From assembly GCA_948442365.1 (NCBI GenBank), contig CAOJRU010000009.1:720-64719 (forward strand): 64,000 nucleotides of DNA, read 5' to 3'. The notes below the pieces were generated by a model. It did not search any database and was not told the origin of the DNA. It was given only the letters and a program-made list of their open reading frames with translations. The DNA is from an uncultured Clostridium sp. GTDB lineage: Bacteria; Bacillota; Clostridia; TANB77; CAG-508. How positions within the stretch are numbered: the first letter of the stretch is position 1; the number at the start of each line of letters is the position of its first letter. Below, piece by piece: positions 52,448 to 62,675 of the stretch. The position numbers and the translations under genes are program-made.

Positions 52448-55204
52448 ATGAGTATATTAAACAAAATATTCAAATCCTATAGTGAAAAAGAAGTAAAAAG
52501 AGTTATGCCATTAGTAGAAAAAATCAATGGATTAGAAGAAGAAATGTCAAAATTAAGTGACAGTGAATTAAGAGGAAAAACCGAAGGATTCAAAAAGCAA
52601 TTACAAGAAGGAAAAACACTAGATGACATTTTACCAGAAGCTTTTGCGGTTGTTAGAGAAGCATCCAAAAGAGTATTAGGAATGAGACACTTTGACGTAC
52701 AATTAATTGGTGGAATTATTTTACATCAAGGAAGAATTTCAGAAATGAAAACAGGGGAAGGAAAAACCTTAGTAGCCACCTTACCTGTATATTTAAACGC
52801 CCTAGAAGGAAAAGGGGTACATGTCATTACGGTAAACGATTACCTAGCCAAAAGAGATAGTGAATGGATGGGAAAATTATACAAATTCTTAGGGTTAACT
52901 GTTGGTTTAGTCATTGCAGGAATGGAACCACAAGAAAAACAAATAGCCTACAATGCTGACGTAACTTATGGAACCAATAATGAATTTGGATTTGACTATT
53001 TAAGAGATAACATGGTTATCTATAAAAATCAATTAGTACAAAGAGGATTACACTATGCCATCGTCGATGAAATTGACAGTATTTTAATCGATGAAGCACG
53101 TACTCCACTTATTATATCTGGTAGAGCCAATGAATCTTCTGACCTTTATAAAAGAGCCAATGACTTTGTTAAAAGATTAACCCCTAAAGTTATTGTAGAA
53201 GAGGACATCAAAGATTATGACCAAGCAGAAGATAATGAAAAATATGATTACATTGTTGATTTAAAAGCAAAATCAGCCTCCTTAACGCAAAAAGGTATTA
53301 AAAAAGCAGAGGAAACCTTCCGTTTAGAAAACTTTAACGATTTAGAAAACTCTACTTTAGTGCATCATGTCAACCAAGCTTTAAGAGCACATGGTGTTAT
53401 GAAAAAAGATATTGATTACATTGTAAACGATGGGGAAGTATTAATTGTTGATGAATTTACAGGTCGTATTATGTATGGAAGAAGATACAATAATGGATTA
53501 CATCAAGCCATTGAAGCCAAAGAAAATGTAAAAATTGCCGATGAATCCAAAACACTTGCCACCATTACTTTCCAAAACTTCTTTAGAATGTATGACAAAT
53601 TGTCTGGTATGACAGGTACAGCGATGACAGAAGAAGGCGAATTTGAAGAAATCTATAATTTAGATGTTGTAGATATCCCAACCAATAAACCAATGATTCG
53701 TAAGGATGAAAATGATGTTATTTATAAAAACGAAAATGCAAAATATAAAGCTATAGTAGAAAGCATTAAAAAGAGTCATGAAGTAGGGCAACCTGTATTA
53801 GTTGGTACTGTATCGATTGAAAAATCTGAAAAATTAAGTCAATTATTGAAAAAAGAAGGAATTAAGCATGAAGTATTAAATGCAAAATATCATGAAAAAG
53901 AAGCAGAAATTGTTGCACAAGCAGGTAAATTTGGAGCTGTTACGATTGCTACTAACATGGCTGGACGTGGTACTGACATTATGCTTGGAGGAAATAGTGA
54001 ATTCTTAGCAAAAGAAGAAATGAGAAGAAATAAAGTACCTCATGAAATGATTGAAGAAGCTGATACTTACTATGAAACGGATGACCAAGAAATTTTAAAA
54101 GCAAGAGAAGATTTTAGAAATTTAGTCAAGAAATATGACGAACAAATCAAAGAAGAAAAAGAAAAGGTTATTGCTGCTGGTGGTTTAAAAATCATTGGTA
54201 CAGAAAGACACGAATCCAGAAGAATTGACAATCAGTTACGTGGACGTTCTGGACGTCAAGGTGACAATGGAGAGTCTAAATTCTACATTGGATTAGATGA
54301 TGATTTGATGAAAATATTTGGTGGAGATGCGATTACTAAAGTTTACAATACTTTAGGAGCAGATGAAAACATGCCAATTGAATCAAGAATTATATCAAAT
54401 GCCGTAGAAAATGCCCAAAAGAAGGTAGAAGGTAGAAACTTTAGCATTCGTAAAAATGTATTAAAATACGATGATGTTATGAATGCACAAAGAGAAATTA
54501 TCTATAAACAAAGAAGAGAAGTATTAGATGGAGAAAATATACATGATAATATTATTTCTATGATCGAGTTTGTAGCAGATAATATAGTGGATATGTTTAT
54601 TAATGTAGAAACTTCAGAATTAAATGTAGAGTCTTTAAATACAGAAATAATCAATATTTTTGGAATTGATATGTTAGACTATATCAAAAATAATGCAACC
54701 AACTCTAATGCCATTTCAGAAGAATTGAAGAAAAAGGCAATGGAAATTTATGCAGAAAAAGAACAAGAAATTGGTCAAGAGGAAATGAGAGAACTTGAAA
54801 GAGTTGTTATGCTTAAAGTGGTTGACGAAAAATGGATGAATCATATCGACAGTATGGATGAACTAAAAAATGGTATTGGATTACGTGCTTATGGTCAAAA
54901 AGATCCTGTTGTTCAATATCGTTTAGAAGGTTTTGATATGTTTGACGAAATGATTAATGATATTAAAGTTGATGTAACGAAAATATTAATGCATATTAGA
55001 CAACAAGGAGAAGCAAAAAGACAAGAGACTGTTAAGATTACAGGTGCTGCTTTAGAGGCTATTCATAGTGTCGATGGAGGAGCTAAAATAGGCTCTGATA
55101 TTGATAGAACGGTTCGTAATGAAGAACCAAAGATTGGTAGAAATGACCCTTGTCCTTGTGGTTCAGGGAAAAAATATAAGAATTGTTGCGGGAAGAATAG
55201 TTAA
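52448..55204 (+). CDS. secA: Preprotein translocase subunit SecA
   Basis: [34 protein letters not shown]-terminal [17 protein letters not shown]. Confidence 0.98.
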   Translation: MSILNKIFKSYSEKEVKRVMPLVEKINGLEEEMSKLSDSELRGKTEGFKKQLQEGKTLDDILPEAFAVVREASKRVLGMRHFDVQLIGGIILHQGRISEMKTGEGKTLVATLPVYLNALEGKGVHVITVNDYLAKRDSEWMGKLYKFLGLTVGLVIAGMEPQEKQIAYNADVTYGTNNEFGFDYLRDNMVIYKNQLVQRGLHYAIVDEIDSILIDEARTPLIISGRANESSDLYKRANDFVKRLTPKVIVEEDIKDYDQAEDNEKYDYIVDLKAKSASLTQKGIKKAEETFRLENFNDLENSTLVHHVNQALRAHGVMKKDIDYIVNDGEVLIVDEFTGRIMYGRRYNNGLHQAIEAKENVKIADESKTLATITFQNFFRMYDKLSGMTGTAMTEEGEFEEIYNLDVVDIPTNKPMIRKDENDVIYKNENAKYKAIVESIKKSHEVGQPVLVGTVSIEKSEKLSQLLKKEGIKHEVLNAKYHEKEAEIVAQAGKFGAVTIATNMAGRGTDIMLGGNSEFLAKEEMRRNKVPHEMIEEADTYYETDDQEILKAREDFRNLVKKYDEQIKEEKEKVIAAGGLKIIGTERHESRRIDNQLRGRSGRQGDNGESKFYIGLDDDLMKIFGGDAITKVYNTLGADENMPIESRIISNAVENAQKKVEGRNFSIRKNVLKYDDVMNAQREIIYKQRREVLDGENIHDNIISMIEFVADNIVDMFINVETSELNVESLNTEIINIFGIDMLDYIKNNATNSNAISEELKKKAMEIYAEKEQEIGQEEMRELERVVMLKVVDEKWMNHIDSMDELKNGIGLRAYGQKDPVVQYRLEGFDMFDEMINDIKVDVTKILMHIRQQGEAKRQETVKITGAALEAIHSVDGGAKIGSDIDRTVRNEEPKIGRNDPCPCGSGKKYKNCCGKNS

Positions 55205-55316
55205 AACCAAAAAAGAGATTTGCTTTGCATTGAAAGTAAATTTCTTTTTTATTTGTTTTTTTTATGTGAATATGATATAATATTATTATGAGGGAAAAGC
55301 TGAAAGGAGAAGCAAA

Positions 55317-55592
55317 ATGAAACCAATTACAATCTCACCAAATCGGAAAGAAAAAACAATCTTTTTTGCAACGGATGCCAATCAATATCAAGAGCTGATT
55401 ACATTTGTGGGTAGTTTAAAAATGCCAATGACCAGAGAAAGAAAAGTCACTATCACATTCAAGATAGAAAAGAATTTTGTTGAATGCAACATAGAGATAA
55501 GTGAAGAAGAATTTGAAAATGTATGTGCTCAATTGGTAGAAAAAGCTGAAGTGAGATATGTTATCGAGCCGTATGAAGAATATAATGATTAA
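55317..55592 (+). CDS. Hypothetical protein between secA and prfB
   Basis: 91-aa ORF, RBS AAAGGAG, own -10 and terminator; in-frame CGG at codon 10. Confidence 0.55.
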   Translation: MKPITISPNRKEKTIFFATDANQYQELITFVGSLKMPMTRERKVTITFKIEKNFVECNIEISEEEFENVCAQLVEKAEVRYVIEPYEEYND

Positions 55593-55598
55593 TCTCCT

Positions 55599-55642
55599 CC
55601 CCCTGAAACCGAGTTCTTGGGTTTCAGGGGGAACCCTTTTTT
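55599..55642 (+). terminator. Intrinsic terminator
   Basis: cccctgaaacc / ggtttcagggg followed by a T-run. Confidence 0.7.
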
Positions 55643-55703
55643 GTTTTACACTTGCAAAATAAAGCCAAATAAGATATGATAAACAACAAGGAGAGTGATA
55701 GAA

Positions 55704-56806
55704 ATGTTAGAACTAGAAGAAAATAGTAAAATACTTCAGACATTAAAAGAAAAATTACAGAAATTGGGTGAATCTCTTTGACATAGTTAAACTAAAAAAA
55801 CAACTAGAAGAATTAGAAAAACAAACACTAGAAGAAAATTTTTGGAATGACAGTAAGAATTCTAGTAAAATATTAGCACAAATCAAAGCGATAAAAAATA
55901 AGACCCATGAACATAAAAGATTAGAAAATGAAATGATAAATTTAGAAGAGCTAACAGAATTAGTAGAACTGGAACCAGAGGAAGAAATTATAAAAGATAT
56001 ATTAAAAAACACTAACAAACTACAAAAAGAAATTGAAAAATTAGAAATTACTACTTTTCTATCTGGGAAATATGATAACAACAATGCTATTGTGACTCTA
56101 CATCCAGGAGCAGGAGGAACCGAATCGCAAGATTGGGCTGAAATGCTATATCGAATGTATACCAGATGGGCTAGTAAAAACAATTATGAAGTAAAAGAGC
56201 TAGATTATCTAGAAGGGGAAGAGGCAGGAATAAAAAGTGTTACCTTTGAAATCATAGGAGAAAATGCTTATGGTTATATGAAATCAGAAATGGGAGTACA
56301 TAGGTTGGTTCGAATTTCTCCCTTTGATAGTGGAGGAAGAAGACATACTTCTTTTGCTTCCCTTGAAGTATTACCAGAAATTACAGATGATATTGAATTA
56401 GATATCAATCCAGATGATTTAAGAATTGATACGTATCGAGCATCACGGAGCAGGGGGGCAACATATAAACAAAACTTCTTCTGCTGTAAGAATAACACAT
56501 ATACCAACTAATCTTGTAGTAGCTTGTCAATCAGAGCGTTCTCAAATTCAAAATAGGGAAACTGCCATGAAAATGTTAAAATCTAAACTATTAGATTTAA
56601 AAGAAAAAGAGCAAAAAGAAAAAATTGAAGATTTAAAAGGTGTTCAAATGGATATTGCTTGGGGAAGTCAAATTCGTTCTTATGTTTTTTGTCCCTATAC
56701 AATGGTAAAAGATCATAGGACCAATTATGAAGTTGGAAATGTGCAAGCGGTTATGGATGGCGAAATTGATGCTTTTATGGAAAGCTATTTAAAAATGAAA
56801 TTATAA
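55704..56806 (+). CDS. prfB: Peptide chain release factor 2, with two +1 shifts (CTT TGA C at 55776-55782; CGG at 56446-56448)
   Basis: ATG 55704 ...KLGESL then the canonical CTT-TGA-C site; [11 protein letters not shown]; DTYRAS [C]GGA GCA GGG GGG CAA gives [10 protein letters not shown]; WGSQIRSYV. Confidence 0.97.
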
Positions 56807-56930
56807 TAACTTAATGCCTATTAAAAAATGTTAAGTATTAAGTTATAATCACAAAAGAAATTCTTGCATACAATATAGAGAGCAGATTTAAAATAAAATC
56901 AGCTCTCTATATTATTTTTACAAAAGGCGA

Positions 56931-57914
56931 GTGATTAAGGTGGACACAATCGTATTAAAATTTGGAGGTAGTTCAGTTGCTGACAATGAAAAATTGAAAT
57001 TAGTTGCCGAAAGAATTGTCGATTTATATAAAAAAGGTCATAACATTGTAGTAGTTGTTTCTGCACAAGGAAAAACAACAGACAAATTAATTTCGGAAGC
57101 AAAACAGCTTTCAAAAGATACAGAAGATAGAGAAATGGATGCATTACTTAGCACAGGGGAACAAATGTCAACTGCAAAACTAAGTATATTATTAAATCAA
57201 ATGGGATATAAAGCAATTTCTTTAACCGGATGGCAAGCAGGAATTTATACCAATAATACCAATCAAAATGCCATTATAAAATGTATTGATACTTCAAGAA
57301 TTAGAAAAGAATTAGAAAATAGGAAGATTGTTATTATAGCAGGATTTCAAGGAATGAATGAAAACATGGATATTACCACATTGGGAAGAGGTGGATCGGA
57401 TACAACAGCAGTAGCTATATCAGCAGCCTTAGGTGCTAAAAATTGCTATATTTTCTCTGATGTAGATGGCGTTTATACAACAGACCCTAATCGATTAGAA
57501 GAAGCAAAAAAGTTGTCAGCACTTTCTTATGAAGAAATGCTTACTCTATCCAGTGAAGGAGCTAAAGTTCTTCATAATCGATGTGTAGAAATAGGTGAAA
57601 AATTTAAGGTACCTATTATTACAAAATCTACTTTTAATAATAAACCAGGAACGGTTATATCTGACATAATTGAAGAAAATACCATTAAAAGTATTGTTAA
57701 AAAAGATATTTCTAGGATTTCCATTGTAGGCAATGGCATCATAAGAAACTTTCAAAATATTAAGTTAGTCTTAGATATTATTGAAAAAAATAAATTAGAA
57801 ATGTTAGATTTTGAAGTATCAGAATGTAAAATTTCGATTAGCTTTAAAAATCAAGTATCTGACAAAATTTTAGATGAAATTCATTTGAAATTGATTAATG
57901 AAGTTAATAGTTAG
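56931..57914 (+). CDS. Aspartate kinase (short C-terminal regulatory part)
   Basis: KFGGSSV, VVVSAQG, LGRGGSDTTA, DVDGVYTTDP. Confidence 0.92.
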   Translation: MIKVDTIVLKFGGSSVADNEKLKLVAERIVDLYKKGHNIVVVVSAQGKTTDKLISEAKQLSKDTEDREMDALLSTGEQMSTAKLSILLNQMGYKAISLTGWQAGIYTNNTNQNAIIKCIDTSRIRKELENRKIVIIAGFQGMNENMDITTLGRGGSDTTAVAISAALGAKNCYIFSDVDGVYTTDPNRLEEAKKLSALSYEEMLTLSSEGAKVLHNRCVEIGEKFKVPIITKSTFNNKPGTVISDIIEENTIKSIVKKDISRISIVGNGIIRNFQNIKLVLDIIEKNKLEMLDFEVSECKISISFKNQVSDKILDEIHLKLINEVNS

Positions 57915-58068
57915 GAAATTTGATTTTTGACTTTTGGCAAGTGAAGCTTAAAAAAGGAAAACTTTTATGAAGTTTTCCTTTTTTCGTTCTAAATAAGGCA
58001 AGCCGTGAATATATATAATTTAGCAAGAAAAATTTGTGAATTTGAGAATTCAAATAGGAGGCCAAAAA

Positions 58069-58365
58069 ATGACAATAGATGAAAGAAAAACCATAAGTAC
58101 AGGAGTCATTCAAAATCTTATTTTAGAAAATAGAGGAAAGTTAAGTATATCTGGAGTTTTAGATGTACTAAGTTTTGATGATCAAGTAGTTATCTTAGAA
58201 ACAGAATTAGGATTATTGACGGTAAAAGGTGAAAATATTAGGATTAATAAATTGAGTATTGATACATCAGAAGTTATTGTAGAAGGGGATATTTCTTCTT
58301 TGATTTATAGTGACAAAGAAAGTGAAAAAACAAAAGGAACTTTTATGAGTAAAATTTTTAAATAG
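58069..58365 (+). CDS. yabP: Sporulation protein YabP
   Basis: LENRGKLSISGVLDVLSFDD, ETELGLLTVKG. Confidence 0.9.
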   Translation: MTIDERKTISTGVIQNLILENRGKLSISGVLDVLSFDDQVVILETELGLLTVKGENIRINKLSIDTSEVIVEGDISSLIYSDKESEKTKGTFMSKIFK

Positions 58366-58384
58366 AGTAGGGAGGAGTCAAGTA

Positions 58385-58870
58385 ATGATTTCAAATCAAG
58401 CATATTTATTTTTTATTTTTATCGTAAATGGCATAATAATTGGTCTATTATTTGACTTTTTCAGAATTGCTAGAAAGGTATTTCACACAAACGATGTAGT
58501 AACGTATATAGAAGACATTTTATTTTGGATTTTAGCAGGAGTTATCATGTTATATTCTATCTTTGTATTCAACAATGGTGAATTGCGATTATTTATGTTT
58601 TTAGGGATTATACTTGGTGCTTTTGTTTATATGCTATTTGTAAGTTCATACATTATAAAAATTAATGTAAAAATAATTACAATATTAAAAAAGGTTTTTG
58701 GAATCTTATTCACCCCATTTAAAATGATTTACCAAATGTTACACAAAATACTTTTAAAACCAATTACATTTTTATTTATCAATATTAGAAAAAATTTTAC
58801 AAATTTCGGGACAAAAATAGGTAAAACTTTAAAAATGCCTAAAAAGACGAAGAATATTGTAAAAAATTGA
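58385..58870 (+). CDS. yabQ: Spore cortex biosynthesis protein YabQ
   Basis: GLLFDFFR, EDILFW, NNGELRLFMFLG; follows yabP. Confidence 0.88.
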   Translation: MISNQAYLFFIFIVNGIIIGLLFDFFRIARKVFHTNDVVTYIEDILFWILAGVIMLYSIFVFNNGELRLFMFLGIILGAFVYMLFVSSYIIKINVKIITILKKVFGILFTPFKMIYQMLHKILLKPITFLFINIRKNFTNFGTKIGKTLKMPKKTKNIVKN

Positions 58871-58957
58871 AAATAAAAGAAGGAAAACTTGAAAATATGT
58901 AGAATATATAAATGTATAATCCATCAGGATTTATCACAGAAAATGGAGAGATTACAG

Positions 58958-59233
58958 ATGAAGAAAAACAAAAAAATATATAAAAGATTACTGATATTAG
59001 GAATTGCTATTTATGTAATTTTCACTTTAGTAAATCAACAAAAAACATTAAATCAATACACTGCAGATGCTAACGAATTAGTTTCTAAAATTGAAGAACA
59101 AAAAGAATATAAAGAAGAATTAGCAAAGAAAAAAGAAGATGTAACATCATTAGACTATATTGAACAAACAGCTAGAGAAAAGTTAGATATGTATTATCCA
59201 AATGAAAGAATATATATAGATAGAGGAATGTAA
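58958..59233 (+). CDS. Septum formation initiator (DivIC/FtsB family)
   Basis: TM plus coiled coil plus YIEQTAREKLDM..PNE; conserved position after yabQ. Confidence 0.85.
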   Translation: MKKNKKIYKRLLILGIAIYVIFTLVNQQKTLNQYTADANELVSKIEEQKEYKEELAKKKEDVTSLDYIEQTAREKLDMYYPNERIYIDRGM

Positions 59234-59376
59234 TTATAAATTATATTCCTTTTTTTGGAAAAAATATTCCTTTTTTTAAAAACCTGTGTTATAATTACTA
59301 TACTATTATTTATTATTTCGTTTTCAAAAATCCCCATAAAAATATAAAATTAAAATAGAAAAATAAGGAGGACTTT

Positions 59377-60729
59377 ATGTTAGACATAGAATCAATGACT
59401 TTACTAGAATTAAAAGAACTAGCAAAAGAAAATAATATAAAAAATATTTCAAAATTAAAAAAAGATGAATTAATAACGGTTTTAAAACAAATTACCAACC
59501 AACCAGAAACAAACATGGAAGAGTTAGAGAAAATAGAAGAGGCAGATAAGCCAGAAAGACAATATGATGCTAATGGAGAACCTATTGTAGATTATAAGTT
59601 AACAAGCGATGGTGACGAAATAGTAGAGGGAATATTAGATATCTTACCAGATGGATATGGATTTTTAAGGGGAGAAAATTTCCTATCTAGTGATAAAGAT
59701 GTCTATATATCAATGGTTCAAATTAGAAGATTTCGATTAGATACAGGAGATATCATAAAAGGTATATCCAGATTTAGAGAAGGTGAAAAATTCCCATCTT
59801 TAATTTTTGTTGGTGAAGTAAATGGAGAACATCCAGAAAAAGCTATGAAAAGAAGAAGATTTGATGAATTAACTCCAATCTATCCAAATGAAAGATTAAA
59901 ATTAGAAACCATATCAAATGATTATGCTACTAGAATGATTGATTTAATGAGTCCTATTGGAAAAGGGCAGAGGGGAATGATTGTAGCGCAACCTAAAGTT
60001 GGAAAAACCACATTAATGAAAAAGGTTGCTAACAGCATTGCTAAAAACAATCCTGAGGTTGAATTGATTGTATTATTAATTGATGAAAGACCAGAAGAAG
60101 TAACCGATATGAAGCGTTCTATAAAAGGTCAAGTAATTCATTCTACATTTGATGAATTACCAGAACATCATGTAAAAGTAGCTGAAATGGTATTAGAACG
60201 TGCTAAAAGATTAGTGGAACAAGGTAAGGATGTCGTTATTTTATTGGATAGTATTACAAGACTTACAAGAGCTTATAACTTAGTAATCCCTTCTTCTGGA
60301 AGAACATTGTCTGGTGGTATTGATCCAGCTTCTCTACACAAACCAAAAAAATTCTTTGGTGCTGCTAGAAATATTGAGTTTGGAGGTAGTCTAACAATTT
60401 TGGCTACAGCATTAATTGATACAGGAAGTAGAATGGATGATGTTATTTTTGAAGAATTCAAAGGAACTGGTAATATGGAAGTTCATTTAGATCGAAAATT
60501 ATCTGAAAGAAGAATTTTTCCTGCTATTGATATTAATAAATCTGGTACAAGAAGAGAAGATTTATTACTAACACCAAAAGAAAAAGATACTGTTTTTGCT
60601 TTGAGAAAAGCTATGAATAGTATGCCAGTAGCTGATGTAACAGAACAAGTTATTAGCCATATGACACAATCTAAAAATAATGATGAATTTATTGACCAAA
60701 TGGATAGCTATTTGAGAAGGTTTAAATAG
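59377..60729 (+). CDS. rho: Transcription termination factor Rho
   Basis: [36 protein letters not shown]. Confidence 0.97.
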   Translation: MLDIESMTLLELKELAKENNIKNISKLKKDELITVLKQITNQPETNMEELEKIEEADKPERQYDANGEPIVDYKLTSDGDEIVEGILDILPDGYGFLRGENFLSSDKDVYISMVQIRRFRLDTGDIIKGISRFREGEKFPSLIFVGEVNGEHPEKAMKRRRFDELTPIYPNERLKLETISNDYATRMIDLMSPIGKGQRGMIVAQPKVGKTTLMKKVANSIAKNNPEVELIVLLIDERPEEVTDMKRSIKGQVIHSTFDELPEHHVKVAEMVLERAKRLVEQGKDVVILLDSITRLTRAYNLVIPSSGRTLSGGIDPASLHKPKKFFGAARNIEFGGSLTILATALIDTGSRMDDVIFEEFKGTGNMEVHLDRKLSERRIFPAIDINKSGTRREDLLLTPKEKDTVFALRKAMNSMPVADVTEQVISHMTQSKNNDEFIDQMDSYLRRFK

Positions 60730-60830
60730 AATATTGAGATTGCAACAGAATTGCAATTTTATAAAATTTATGATATACTATTGCCAATATATAAAAGGCA
60801 ATAGTGTTTTTTTGTTGAAAGGAGAAAATA

Positions 60831-61037
60831 ATGAGAGAAAAATTTTTTTCATGTTATGATGAAGTCTTTGATGAAAATAGAAACATTAAAAATTGTGGGC
60901 GGGAGAAGTGCATCCAGCTCATAGAAGCAGCACAAAGTTTAACTGGCACAAAGACAGGTCAATATGGTTCAACCATAACAGGCTTTATGAATGAAAAGGA
61001 AATTATAAAATTATACGTGATGCTAATTATGGATTGA
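60831..61037 (+). CDS. Hypothetical protein
   Basis: RBS AAAGGAG; 68 aa; in-frame CGG in NCGREKC. Confidence 0.6.
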   Translation: MREKFFSCYDEVFDENRNIKNCGREKCIQLIEAAQSLTGTKTGQYGSTITGFMNEKEIIKLYVMLIMD

Positions 61038-61179
61038 ATTCAAGTAGTATACTAAAAATCCCCTCTTGTCGAAAAAAAGACATAAGAGGGGATTTTTGGT
61101 AGCATATTACAAGATAATATTTTTAAAGTTTCTCATAAGAAACAAAATACGTGCTATTATCACAATAGGAGATGATAGT

Positions 61180-61356
61180 ATGAATTGTTATAAAAAAAGT
61201 AGGAAGATCTTTAAAGAAAGAATAAAGGAAAATAAAAATATTAGTAAGATAGAATGGGATAAATTTGCTCAAGAGAATTGCTTATTTAGTGCTAATACAT
61301 TAATGTTTCATGTTGACGCTAAATCTTTTGAAGATTTAAAAGAAAAACTCTCATAA
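61180..61356 (+). CDS. Hypothetical protein
   Basis: ATG 61180 after AGGAG; MNCYKKSRK...WDKFAQENCLFS. Confidence 0.55.
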   Translation: MNCYKKSRKIFKERIKENKNISKIEWDKFAQENCLFSANTLMFHVDAKSFEDLKEKLS

Positions 61357-61395
61357 AATTAAAGAAAATGTAAAGACTAAAGATGAGGTTTTTTT

Positions 61396-61596
61396 ATGAG
61401 AATAGAAATATTGATAAGACAAAAGAGACAAGAAAAAGGTTACACGATAGATAAATTAGCAGAACTTGCGAATATGTCTAAAGGACATTTAAGCAGAATA
61501 GAAAGAGGAGAAACGGAACCAACTATAAGCACTTTAGCAAGAGTAGCAATGGCATTAAAAGTTAAAGTAAATGAATTATATAAAATACATTACTAA
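61396..61596 (+). CDS. XRE-family HTH regulator
   Basis: RQEKGYTIDKLAELANMSKGHLSRIERGETEPT. Confidence 0.88.
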   Translation: MRIEILIRQKRQEKGYTIDKLAELANMSKGHLSRIERGETEPTISTLARVAMALKVKVNELYKIHY

Positions 61597-61800
61597 AATT
61601 ATATTTAGTAATGTATTTTTTATATAGAAAAGATATATAGTTAAAAGGGGATGTACAATCCCTAAAAGGTTAAATGCAACATTGTACAAAATCAAAGTCT
61701 TTGCTGTAATAGAAATATCTTTTATTTAATAAAATAAAACAAAAAACAAGTTGAAATACAAGAAATTCAGCTTGTTTTTTTGTATTAAGGAGGTGAAAAA

Positions 61801-61992
61801 ATGTTAAATAAAAATTTGAAATATTACAGAGAAAAAAGAGGCTATAGCAAATTAAGATTATCAAGAGAAACGGGATTGAGTGCTAGATGTATTGAACATA
61901 TAGAATACCAGAAAGCAAAAAATCCTAGAGTAGAAACACTAAAAAAAATTTCTAATGTTTTGGATGTTCCTATTGAAGAATTAATAAAGTAA
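61801..61992 (+). CDS. XRE/Cro-like HTH regulator
   Basis: LKYYREKRGYSKLRLSRETGLS...IE...NPRVETLKKI; RBS AGGAGG. Confidence 0.88.
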   Translation: MLNKNLKYYREKRGYSKLRLSRETGLSARCIEHIEYQKAKNPRVETLKKISNVLDVPIEELIK

Positions 61993-62023
61993 AACAAATG
62001 AAAAAATTTAAGGAGGTGGGAAG

Positions 62024-62203
62024 ATGATAGAAATTATTAAAAATAACAAAGAGGAAGTTATAAAAACAGATAATTATGATTTAAGTTCAATAATAAAAAA
62101 ATATGAAATAGTAAGAACAGAAAATATTAGAGAGAACAATTTAATTCTTACTATTCCACTAGATAATGTAAAGATAAATATTAGCAAAAATAATATTACA
62201 TAG
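62024..62203 (+). CDS. Hypothetical protein (59 aa, not in the track)
   Basis: RBS AAGGAGG; MIEIIKNNKEEVIKTDNY...KNNIT*. Confidence 0.5.
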   Translation: MIEIIKNNKEEVIKTDNYDLSSIIKKYEIVRTENIRENNLILTIPLDNVKINISKNNIT

Positions 62204-62378
62204 ATTGAAGTTGTGAAACATGGACTCTATAGGATTGATTTTTATATTGTATGGTAACAAAAGGTTCAGATGTATTAGCTTTTGAAAACCATATACCAGG
62301 CATCTTTTGGTCAATTAAATCATTATTATGAAGTTCAACCCAACCAACAGTTGCTAAGTTTACAAAATATTTATTCAT
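62196..62378 (-). CDS. Hypothetical protein
   Basis: 60-aa ORF with AAAGGTGGTG RBS. Confidence 0.55.
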   Translation of the reverse strand: MNKYFVNLATVGWVELHNNDLIDQKMPGIWFSKANTSEPFVTIQYKNQSYRVHVSQLQSM

Positions 62379-62444
62379 TTATTAATCACCACCTTTCGGG
62401 CTAATTATAGCATAGGTGGAAACAAAAGAAAAGGAGGAGATAAT

Positions 62445-62525
62445 ATGTTTAGTCTAGCATATGCAATACTATGTATTTGTAGTATATATCTAGCATTAGA
62501 GAAGGACAAGCAGAATGGAAAATGA
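62445..62525 (+). CDS. 26-aa hydrophobic peptide
   Basis: RBS AAGGAGG; MFSLAYAILCICSIYLALEKDKQNGK*. Confidence 0.4.
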   Translation: MFSLAYAILCICSIYLALEKDKQNGK

Positions 62526-62558
62526 ATTATGCAAAATACAATTTATTAGGAGGATAAA

Positions 62559-62675
62559 ATGAATTTATTTAAAGATATAGTCTTATGGTGGTTTTTAATA
62601 TACAGCATATTAGTTATAACAATAAAGCCTATACGAGAAAATCATATAGACTTTTTAAAAAGAATTGATAATTGA
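62559..62675 (+). CDS. 38-aa hydrophobic peptide
   Basis: RBS AGGAGG; MNLFKDIVLWWFLIYSILVITIKPIRENHIDFLKRIDN*. Confidence 0.4.
   Translation: MNLFKDIVLWWFLIYSILVITIKPIRENHIDFLKRIDN

Noticed and set aside
55776-55782. prfB CTT-TGA-C frameshift as a novelty
   Set aside because: This is the well-known autoregulatory RF2 site.
275-56806. Calling the nine broken genes ordinary pseudogenes
   Set aside because: Each has one identical lesion and no other decay, and the set includes normally essential genes (prfB, ispG, ispH).
275-56806. Simple reassignment of CGG to another amino acid
   Set aside because: A triplet reassignment would not change frame; every site requires +1.
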